This document shows, in pieces, positions 34,366 through 45,005 of a stretch of 64,000 nt of DNA. Numbering within the stretch: the stretch's first letter is position 1; every line of letters starts with the position of its first letter. Position numbers and translations under genes: made by a program. The stretch comes from Octopus sinensis (lineage: Eukaryota). The notes beneath the pieces were generated by a model. The model searched no databases. It saw nothing but the letters and a program-made list of their open reading frames with translations, and was not told the DNA's origin. The stretch spans positions 16,430,001-16,494,000 of the forward strand of contig NC_043015.1 in NCBI RefSeq assembly GCF_006345805.1. Reading direction: 5' to 3'.

Positions 34366-34450
34366 TCATGGAAGATTGCTTAGATCTCGCTTGGGTGGCG
34401 GTCCTTTTGGTTGTTCCTTTGGTTTGTTTTTTTCTTCAAACATCAATATC
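34366..34450 (-). CDS. Probable last coding exon of an unidentified gene convergent with CDC20
   Basis: Strong acceptor ttttctttctttctcttttttttag|; one open frame ILMFEEKNKPKEQPKGPPPKRDLSNLP*; AATAAA on - at ~34228-34237. Confidence 0.65.
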
Positions 34451-35751
34451 CTAAAAAAAAGAGAAAGAAAGAAAATGGTTATGGTTTATCACTCATGAAT
34501 GTAAAAGTTATTTGCTTGAATGTGTCTGGTATTCTGTACATAATGTTTTGTGTCATTGATACTATCATTCAGTTGTGACATCCGCTTAAATGGTTTTTCT
34601 GTGTGCAGAAAAGATTATCAACAAAAAAAAAATAATAATTTTAACATAAGACAGACAAATAAGAAGTATCTCATTAAAGACTCCTGTTTAGTTGGTTACT
34701 TAGCATTTTGTATTTCAAACTCTATGTGAGTTCATCAGTACATATTCAGTTCATGTGATTTGTCACTGATCTAAGTGAGTAATGTTTTAGGTAAGTGACA
34801 AGTATTTTGAAGAAATATCTCTTTATGTAGTATGCACACCACCAGTCTTTCACCAAACAGAGAAAAACCACAAGACCAACCTAATCAAAGGAAATTAGAG
34901 GGACAATCTTTGCAAGGACCTATCTGACAGCAGTTTACATCATATACAGAATTCCAAATTTGTTGCATAGGTACTCAAACAATGGCTGGGTGCATAAACA
35001 ATACTTTCAAGTCATTTACAACAAAGTCAGTATTAAACTACAAGAATGATGTAGATAGTTCCAATGTTTGTTTACTTTTTACAGTTAGATAATTCATGGT
35101 CCATTTCTAACTGAGGATTTCAACCTAGCTTTCACCTCATCTTAGTTTCTGTTTATCTAAGTGTCAAGATTAAACCAGACCAGAAGCATTTTAATGAAAC
35201 TATTAATTGAGAAACATTATCTGGTTTATCACAGATAATCTTTGCTCTAGTAAATACTTTATTCTCTGAGTTTGGAAAGCAATACTTGTTTCCTAGTACA
35301 ACATCTGTACATGTGTGCACTACCATCATATATTCCAGTACAAGTCAGATGCTTTAATATGTTCAGTTTCTGTTGAAATAATGAAAACATTAAACTTGTT
35401 GAAATAAGCATGTACTCTCTAATCGATATGACTTGTGACATTTTCTCTGAATATAAACAATTAGATTTAAGGAGACTTATGGTGATATGTATTAGCAAGA
35501 ATCATTTGTTGTAAAAGAAAAAAAAAATGTGATATATTAAGTTGCTGAAAATGTTCTCCCCACAGAGCAACCTAACTTGCCTCCTCTCATTTATCTAGTT
35601 GATATTCCACTGAAGTCATTCAAATGATCTAAATTAATTACGAGTATGTAATTTCATAGGTAGACACTCTCGCTAGGACTTTAGAACGGTAAAATGACCA
35701 AAAAAAAAAAAAAAAAGTAAGGGAGATAACTACAAAAAAATCAGCTAACAT

Positions 35752-36062
35752 CTCGGCAATCTTTCGATAATTCACTTCAGATGTCGTGACCTCTGTGACA
35801 GCTGCTAAAATGGGTGGAGGAGAAGAAAGCTAATGGGTTGTGTGTGCATGCTTGTGCTTGTCTGTGTGTGTAAACAGAACAGGCACATACACAGACAAGG
35901 ACAAGCATGCACACACAGATAAGAACAAGCATGCGCACACATAGAGGTCACAGCAGCTGTCATGGAGGTCACGAAGATATCCGAAGTGAATTGTTGAGTT
36001 GTCATGGAAACAGCCAAGTGTTTGTTTTGGTTTTGTCGGGATATATCGAAGGATTGCCAACA
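35752..36062. repeat. Unclassified inverted-repeat element with an internal microsatellite-like core
   Basis: Arms 35752-35806 and 35952-36062 are complementary (aattcacttc..gtgacctc..gacagctgct). Confidence 0.6.
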
Positions 36063-36311
36063 TCTCTCTATGTAGTTAACTAGACAGACACTCTTAATCT
36101 TGTCAACTATGTAGAAAAAGCTTTCCCCGGGGAGGTCTAACATGACTGAGTTCATTGTTTTCCCCTATTAACTTTAGAAATCAGATCCTTTCCAATCTGC
36201 TTTTTTTTTCTCCAAAAGTTTTGATCAATTCTTCTAATTAGTTATCTTCATTGCTTATTGTTTTTAGATTTTAGAGGGTGTTTTTGTCTCCCCTAGACAT
36301 TGTTCAAATTA

Positions 36312-36473
36312 CCGTATGTTAACGTGTATAAGGAACCCTGTTTTTGTCAAAAATTAGGTTAAAAAATATGGGAGTTTCTTATACATGGTTAGTATTGTAA
36401 TCCCTTACAAAACCTTTTTTCCAAATTTTAAGCCAACAAAATTAGGGAGTTTCTTATACACGTTAAAATATGG
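36312..36473. mobile_element. Tc1/pogo-type MITE
   Basis: TIR cc(g/a)tat(g/t)ttaacgtgtataag; TA TSDs. Confidence 0.85.
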
Positions 36474-37125
36474 TAATTACATTTCTGCTGAAAGCAAGTG
36501 TAAACCTAACACATTTTACTGTGTCTGGTACAGATAATTATTTCTAGAGTGACGTAAATGTGCTCATCTCTACTACATTCAAGATGAATGCCAAATTCTT
36601 AGTAAATGCTCTGGCCACAACCACCACCACCCAAGTGACTCAACTGCTTCCACTCTGCTACCAGTTGTAGAAAACATAATTTAAAACAGGAACAAATTAG
36701 TCTGATAGATTTGATTGGAATTTGTTGAGCAAACCAGATGATGTTGGCTATTTGTTTTTCTGCAGCCTTCTGTATTTGCAAAGAGTCTCAGATGTTTGCT
36801 AAAGTGAACTTTTAATCTTACTAACGAGAGCTTACACATCTTGCACTTAAAATTATCACTGTAAAAGAACTATGTCCCAATAACCTGAAAAACAAGTTAA
36901 CAGAGACCTTCAGATATCTTGATTAAGGATGAAGCTTAGCATCATTTCTTCCAGTTCTGCATTCTAATTCCATTGAGATCAACTATGCTTTTATCCTTTT
37001 GGGATCAATAAAATAAATATCAGTCAAGTGCTGGAATTAATGTAACTGACTTCTCCATCACCTCAAAAAGAAAAAATGCTGGTCCTGTGCCAAGATTTGA
37101 AACCATTATTATTATTATTATTATT

Positions 37126-37648
37126 TAAGACATTGCATATCATCCAATATTGTGATGTTGATTGAAGATATTGTGTCTACCAGGGTTTTGTACTGTCTGT
37201 CAAGTTACAAGGACCTCAGACAGACAGTACTTTATGCAACATGCATGCAGTTCTAAGTAATGCCGATTTTTGCAATATACCTAGATTGTAGGGTATTTCT
37301 AAAGTTTCCAGATGGTTTTTCAGATTGGGCAGTATTGAACCCAATGCTCTGATGACAACAGGGACAACCTGCCACATCTTGGTAATCTCAATTCTCAGGT
37401 CACGATATTTATCAATCTTTTCTCTTTCTTTCATGATAATATGTTGATACCCTGGCACTGACATGTCGATTATTAGGGACTCTCATTTGCCCCTCCTAAA
37501 GGTTACTTTTTCCAGCCTTCGATGCTCTAACATCTTGTCTGTCTGGAAGTGAAAGTCTCAGAGAATTTTTGCCTTCCCCTTTTTATTCATTACCTTTTCT
37601 GGTGTATGTTGGTACCAAGCATCTGTTACCTTGTATCCATATTTCCAG
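37126..37648 (-). mobile_element. 3' fragment of an R4/Dong-like RLE LINE
   Basis: ORF 37216-37464 has KIDKYRDL..PVVIRALG..LQKSALL, the restriction-like endonuclease C-terminus; 3' end abuts (TAA)n. Confidence 0.75.
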
Positions 37649-37675
37649 GATAATAATAATAATAATATTATTATT

Positions 37676-37867
37676 AAGGTGGTAAGCTGGCAGAATGCTT
37701 AGCAGTATTTCATCCAACCTTAGATTCTGAGTCCAAATTCCACCAGGGTTGACTTTGCCTTTCATCCTGTGAGGGTCGATAAAATAAATACCAGTTGATT
37801 ACTGAGACTGATCTAATCAACTATCCACCTCCCTGAAATTTCAGGTCTTGTGCCTATATTAGAAAGG

Positions 37868-37903
<36 letters not shown>

Positions 37904-37905
37904 TA
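37676..37905 (+). mobile_element. SINE family S2 with (ATT)n tail
   Basis: Matches 56004-56206; a partial copy lies at ~36930-37125. Confidence 0.75.
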
Positions 37906-39678
37906 CTCATTGCAAGTACATGAAATAACTAAACATTTCAGCCTACTTTCATATCATCAGCGAGATTAAATTTTGGTAAAGTGAATCGCCAAGTAGGTAT
38001 TCAGAACTATGTCTTAGAGGAAGAATATACTTGAATCCTTGGCCCAGTGTCTAATATGCTGTATAATTACACAATTACATATTCACAATAAGTCACATGA
38101 ATTTACATCACTGAGATGTTATTTTTATCTTAATATATGCAATGTTTGCTCAGATCTAATCACCTCTGATCAGTCCCAAAGTTTTGACCAATTAGATATG
38201 TCTTCTTATACCTAAATGCTGGAATGGTAAATATTGTTCAATTTGTTTAGTCCATCAGAAGAGTACTCCATTTATATCTACAAATGACAGAATTTTATCA
38301 AAAGCAGCCCAAATATGTATAGACTATTTTAAAATTAAATGGATATAAACTGAAATGATCCTGACACTAATGAATCACACATCAGGAAAAAGGTGTATGA
38401 AGATATGCATCAATCTGTGTGATGTACAGAGAAGTCATTATTTCTGTTGGTAGAATCACTTGATAAATGCTTTTAATTATCTGTCAAATGGGCCATTCTA
38501 GTTAGTAACCACTTAATTCAAAATCCAATCTATGGGTATAAATCATCAAAATCTTATTGTACCACATAACAAGGTCATGGTTAATCAAATAACAGAGTAA
38601 ATGCAAAAAGTACAGAAATACAGAGGAAAAATTGACTTTCTACACATAAAAAAATTAAAACATAAAAATTCTGAAGCATATCTTGACAAGTTGCACAATC
38701 TATGTAAACAAAATGCTCATACAAATAGTGAGGTTTGTTTCCAATTCATTGTAAACATATAGCTATGTGTAGTCTGTTTGTTGTTCAACAGACAAGGGCA
38801 TTTTTATCTGGCTTGGAAATAGATAAGGGTCGACAACAGGAAGGGCATTTGATTATAGAAAAATCTGCCACAAGACACTCTTCCAGGTAAGCATGGGAAA
38901 ATAGACATTAAAACAATGATGAGATGATGGTGGTATACTGGCTTATAAATGTGTGTGTATGAATGTAATATATGTGTGTGTTTATGTCTGTATAAATATC
39001 ATTTTATGTCTGTTTTCCATGCTGGCATGGGTTGGGTGGGTCATTACAATTTCGGTTAGATTTATAGAGAACCATTATCTTCATAGGCAAATGGGAGGTC
39101 CATATCTTGTTCAAATATTTTATTTTTGGTTTTGTTTCAATGGTTGAATGACCTTCCAATCACTGACAGTTTTACAGAGTGTTTCAAGTACATTTTATCA
39201 TGATACAACAGCACTAGAGAGGTTGTCATATTTTCAACAAGACAGGACTAAAGAGACTTCTTGACCCAATACTTTCTCTACTTATTTGTCAACCACTCTA
39301 TAGAGTTTGCTGGATGCATTTTATCATGGCAACATCCTGAGAAGGACAGATTTGTAGACTATAAGAGTAAAAAGTACTCACTACACATTTGATGTGTACA
39401 TGCACTCAAGGAAGCATTATTAAGAAATTAAATAGGAGTTAGAGCAATGACAGGAGAAAAACCAGGCTGGATGAGTGAAAGAGAAGAATATGATGGAAGA
39501 AACAGAGTGAATGGGATGAGAGAAGAGGAGAAGTCACACATTCATATAAGAAAGTAATGAAGACATGACTTAAGGAAGTGGTTATTGGAAAAATGAACAA
39601 TAAGGAGATGAAAGAATGTCAAAGATATGAATGTGGTTTAGCAAATATACACTTGATAGAATACACACACACAATATA

Positions 39679-39922
39679 CTTAAAGGGTTGTTGGTTATAG
39701 TCGGTCAGAGAACAACCATTGGTTTGGCACCTATAAAGTTCCTAGCAGTATAGGTAACTTGTTGGTGACACTGACTAACCAAGACTTTTTCCTACCTCCA
39801 ATTGTAGAGAGGTTATGAGCCTCTAGCCAACAAGTTTGACGAGTTACTTACACTGCTAAGAACTTTATAGGTGCAAAATCAATGGTCACTTTCTGACTAA
39901 CCATAACCAAAAACCCTTTAGG
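39679..39922. mobile_element. MITE with ~90-bp TIRs
   Basis: Arms c(t/c)taaagggtt..gcacctataaagttc..; TA on both flanks. Confidence 0.8.
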
Positions 39923-40155
39923 TATTTCATATTTATGAACTACTAACCAATATATATTCCATGTGGGCAGAGCCTTAGGATTGCAAGGAGGCAGCATATA
40001 AAACTCTGAGATGTTTTCATTACATGAAACTAGTAGTAGCTCATAAAAATATATATTGTGTTCATTAAATAATATATATATATACATTTTCAAAATGTAA
40101 TCACATGTGAATTGTTGGTGATCTTCCTTTTATCTTGCACTTTCCTCTGTCTCCT

Positions 40156-40190
40156 GTTTCTGAAGAAGAGCTTTGCTCGAAAGGTAAAAC
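40156..40190 (+). ncRNA. Minimal hammerhead motif (family D) in a probable solo pLTR (~40085-40300)
   Basis: GTTT-CTGAAGA-A-GAGC(TTT)GCTC-GAA-AGGT-A-AAAC; core complete; stem III reads AGGT where ACGT is expected. Confidence 0.68.
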
Positions 40191-40296
40191 CACCTTTCTT
40201 TCCTTCCCTGAGCATCTGCTAATACTTTGCATGTACCATGTACTCGCATTGTTTTTTTTTTTTTCTTGTTTGTTCTTCATTAATTTGGATTTACTA

Positions 40297-40301
<5 letters not shown>

Positions 40302-40342
<41 letters not shown>
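40302..40342. repeat. (TA)n microsatellite
   Basis: Direct reading. Confidence 0.95.
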
Positions 40343-40347
<5 letters not shown>

Positions 40348-40780
40348 TATATATATTTTATGAGAAAACTTAATGAAACATGAAATAGTTGGAGTAAAGA
40401 GATAAGTCTACTTGAAAAATACACTACAGATTTAAACATTTGAAAATACTCTCCACAAAACAAAGCATATCTAAAGAAAAACACTGTATTTAGAAGTATG
40501 GATGAAACTTTGTTTCTGGATGTCTAAGTGTGATACTTGCTATCAGCAGGTTTTTACTAGCAACAGCTTGTTGTAAAGCAAATTACTGTAATATACTTGA
40601 ATAAGCCAGAGCAGGTCAACAGTGGAAGACAACACATCATATTTAAGGAATCTCTAAATTTTTGTCTGTTTGCTAGGTCTTTGAGCTTCCATAATCTTCT
40701 TTTCCAGATTGGTTTATTTCCCTGAGTCTTTCTAGCTCTTATTCTGAAATTACAAACTAGTAACTTTGGACAGTATCACC

Positions 40781-43605
40781 ATGGATTCCAGGGAGTGCAT
40801 GGGAGCTATGGCTTTGGACCTAGAAATGAGGAGGGAACAAAACTGCTGGAGATTGACTGCCTCCTTACCAGGCAACAAGATAGATGGATCCTTAAAAATA
40901 CTAAGTATTTCCAGGTGAAGCATGTACAACCCAACATAAGTTACTAGTTAGTGGCTTCAGAATTAGAGCTAGAAAAACTCGGAGAAATAAACCAATCTGG
41001 GAAAGAAGACTATGGAAGCTCAAAGACCCAGCAAATAGAGAAAAAGCTTCTGATGAAAGAGAAGAAGAGTTGGGGACATATAGCTTAGAGGACAATTGGA
41101 AGTACCTGCAGGACAATCTACTGAGGGCTACAGACAAAATCTGTAGTTGGTGCAGAGTGCTATAAAAGCAAAAAGACAGGCCTGGAAAGACTGGAAAAAC
41201 AATGGAAGCAGAGAATTATATCAGGTAGCAAAAAGGGCAGCTAGGCATCAGGTTCACATAGCAAAAGGAATAGCTGAAGGTAAGAGATATGCAAATGTTC
41301 TACAGCATGCAGGAAAAGTATTTGACCAAAAGTAAGCCATTGTACTTAGCCTTCACTGATGTGGAGAAAGGTTTCGACAGAGTTCCCAGCTCTGTTATAT
41401 GGTGGTCTCTAAGGAAGTTAGGAGTAGAGGAGTGGCTTGTTAGAGCTGTAAAAGCCATGTACAGTGATGCTGTCAGTAAGGTGAGAGTCAGCCATGAATA
41501 CAGTGATGAATTTTGTGTACAGGTAGGGGTTCACGAGGGCTCAGTTCTCAGCCCACTCTTATTCATTATAGTCCTCCAGGTCATAACAAAGAAATTCAAA
41601 ACTAGGTGTCTGAGAACTGCTATATACTGATGACCTTGCTCTTATTGCAGAATCTTAAGCAGAATTGGAGAAGAAATTCCAGGTATGGAAACAAAATCTG
41701 GCATCAAAGGTCCTTAAAGTTAACCTTACAAAGACTAAACTGTAGTTAGAAAGAAGACAAAACTCTCATTCCATCAGGTAAATGGTCCTGCTCAGTATGT
41801 AGGAAAGGAGTTGGAAGAAATTCCATATGCTGTGCCCAGTGTAAACTATGGATGCATAAGAGGTGCAGTGGAATCACAGGTAGTTAACAGATAAAGTCAT
41901 CTTTGTATGTGGAAGATGTGCAGGAACAATAAGCACTAAGAACACATGGGAATTAGATTCTCTCAAATGCCCAGGAGGCTCTCTTGGGGTTGTAGATAGT
42001 TTCTGTTACGTAGATGACCAAATTAGCAATAGTGGAGGATACTCTGAAAGTATTGTTTCTAGAATAAGAATTGGGTTGGGGAAGTTCAGAGAGCTACTAC
42101 CTCTGTTGGTAAAAAAAGGACTCTCTCAGAGTGAAAAGTAGACTGTATAATGCTTGTGTGCAAAGGGCTATACTCCCTGGTAGTGAGACATGGGCTCTGA
42201 ATGCAGAAGACATGCATAAACTGGAGAGAAATAAAGGTAATATGCTCTGTCGGATGTGCAACATCAGTGCATGTGTACGACAAAGTGCAAATGTATTGAA
42301 AGAAAAGTTGGGCATAAGAGGAATCAAATGTAACATGCAAGAGAGGAGACTACATTGATTTGGACATGTGATGCATATGAATGAGGACAGCTGCATAAAG
42401 AAGTGTTGATTGCTGAAAGTGGATGGTACCCATGGAAGAGAGAGACCCAGGAAGATGTGGGATGAAGTGGTAAGGACTGATCTCAGGAAGTTGGGCCTCA
42501 TGGAGGAAATGACAATGGACCAAGACATTTGGCACTATGAGGTTCTTGAGAAGACCTGCCCACATCAGCAAAACTGAGTTCTAGATGCGCTGTGTGTCCT
42601 ACCCACACTTAACAAGAAAACTTCTCACACACCCTAACACAACAAACCAAACTGCATCTCTTCTCTTCCTTGCAATTCCTCTTTCATACATTATGCCTAC
42701 TTCTTACTTCCCAATCCTGTCCTCACAGCCCTGTTTTTCTGTATCATTGCTATCCGGTAGCCCCCCACCCGCCACCACTCTATATATACCCAGGTTTTTG
42801 CCACTCACTTCGCTTCCATCTCCACATTCTCTGATCAAGCTTCTTTTGCAAAATCCTGCCACTTATATTATGATGTTCAAATCTCAGAGGTATGCTCTGG
42901 CACTTGCCACCATCTATATCGCTCTCTCTTCCTTTACTCAACCACCACATTTATACTCTGACCCCCATCCTTTGTGAGTATTCCTAGCACTTTGCCACCA
43001 TTTCTATCTTGCTGTCTCCCACACTCTCTGTCTCTCCATCTCCTGCACATCCCTCAGGTTGGGTAACCATGTATCTCCTTTACAGCAGCACACCTGTTTC
43101 TGTTTTCATTCCTGAACTCTCTCTCTCCCTCTCTGTCTGTCTGTCTCTCTCTTTCTCTCTCTCTCTAACCAGCTGGGTAACCTTGTACCTCCTCTACAAC
43201 AAGATACTTCTTTCTGTCTCTATCTCAATATAACCTTTCATCATCTGATACAAGATCACCTCCTCCAATGCCCTCTCAAAATATTTTTATTTTGTCTTGC
43301 AAGGTACTTGGTGACCCTGTCAGTGCAGGTGCCACGTAAAAAGCATCCAGTCCACATTGTAAAGTGTTTGGCATCCAGCTGTAAAAAGCTTGTCAAAACT
43401 GACCTCGTCTGTGCTTGTGCCACCTACAAAAGGACTAAGTTCACCCAGCTGAATGGTTGGTGTTAGGAAAAGCATCCAGCCGTAAAAATTCTTCCAAAAC
43501 AGTTATAGAAGTTTGATGCAGGTTTCTGCCTGGCCAGCTCCTGTCAAACCATACCACCCATGCCAGCATGGAAGGCGGACATCAAATGATGATGGTGATG
43601 ATGAT
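40781..43605 (+). mobile_element. Old, internally deleted RTE copy with a long 3' UTR
   Basis: Degenerate EN/RT/C-terminal ORFs (41147, 41289, 42131); (GAT)n tail; an inverted related piece lies at ~40650-40768. Confidence 0.85.
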
Positions 43606-43630
43606 AATTTGTACTGTACAAACAATTGTT

Positions 43631-45005
43631 ATCATCATCATCATCATCATCATCATCGTTTAGCGTCCGTTTTCCATGCTAGCATGGGTTGGACAGTTCT
43701 ACTGGGGTCTGTGAAGCCAGAAGGCTTCATCAGGCCCAGTCAAATCTGGCAGTGTTTCTACGGCTGGATGCCCTTCCTAACGCCAACCACTCCGTGAGTG
43801 TAGTGGGTGCTTTTTACGTGCCACCCGCACTGGTGCCAGACAGAGCTGGCAAACGGCCACGAACGGATGGTGCTTTTTATGTGCCACCGGCACGAGGGCC
43901 AGGCGAGGCTGGCAACGGACACGAAACGGGGCGGTGCTGGCAACGGTCGCGAAACGGAAAGTTCTCTTACATGCCACCGGCACTGGTAACACATCTGCAA
44001 TTTCCATTGATCGATTTCCATTGATCGATTTCGATTCTGATCGTCACTTGCCTCAACGGGTCTTCACAAGCAGAGTTTTTACATGCCACCGGCACTGGTA
44101 GCACATCCGCAATTTCCATTGATCGATTTCGATTCTGATCCTCACTTGCCTCATCACGTCTTCACAAGTAGAGTTTTGTGTCCCAAGAAGGGAAGGTATG
44201 CATACGTAGGCTGGCTCCATCCCATGTAGAAGGCCACGGGTTATGGACTCACTTGTCCTGCCGGGTCTTCTCGCGCACAGCACACTTCCAGAGGTCTCGG
44301 TCTCTAGTCATTTCCTCAGTGAGACCTAAAGTTCGAAGGTCGTGCTTCACCACCTCGTCCCAGGTTTTCCTGGGTCTGCCTCTTCCACAGGTTCCCTCAA
44401 CCGCTAGGGTGTGGCACTTTTTCACACAACTATCTTCATCCATTCTCGCCACATGACCATACCAGCGCAAACGTCTCTCTTGCACACCACAACTGATGCT
44501 TCTTAGGTCCAGCTTTTCTCTCAAGGTACTTACACTCTGCCGAGTGTGAGTACCGGCATTACACATCCATCGGAGCATACTGGCTTCATTTCTAGCGAGC
44601 TTACGCATATCCTCAGCAGTCACGGCCCATGTTTCACTGCCATGTAGCATGGCTGTTCGTACACACGCATCATACAGTCTGCCTTTCACTCTGTGCGAGA
44701 GGCCTTTTGTCACCAGCAGAGGTAAGAGCTCTCTGAACTTTGCCCAAGCTATTCTTACTCTAGCAGTTACACTTTCAGCACACCCGCCCCCGCTGCTGAC
44801 TTGGTCACCTAGGTAACGGAAACTATCAACTATTTCTAGTTTTTCTCCCTGGAAAGTGACGGAAGTTGGTCTCAGAGCATTTTCAGTGTTTATTGTTCCT
44901 GAGCATCTGCCACATACAAAAACCATCTTCCTAGTTAGCCTTCCTTTGACATTGCTGCATCTCTTATGTGTCCATAGCTTACACTTGGTGCATCTTATAG
45001 AGTTT
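43631..45005 (-). mobile_element. Young 5'-truncated RTE copy
   Basis: Nearly identical to ~13678-14961; open 225-aa ORF 44249-44926; (GAT)n tail. Confidence 0.95.

Noticed and set aside
34700-34745. Minus-strand CTGATGA-ACTC(ACATA)GAGT-TT-GAAA hammerhead-like motif
   Set aside because: Two extra bases before GAAA and no stem III or cleavage triplet; at best a badly decayed relic
36836-36884. 49-nt exon-like segment on -
   Set aside because: Its only open frame ends in phase 0, incompatible with the long frame of the 34450 exon; no recognisable peptide
37925-37966. Minus-strand CTGATGA..GAAATGTT
   Set aside because: Stem II does not close onto the core and there is no stem I pairing
43715-43740. 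Minus-strand CTGATGA followed by an AGCC/GGCT hairpin
   Set aside because: No GAAA; it is a variant position of the RTE 3' tail
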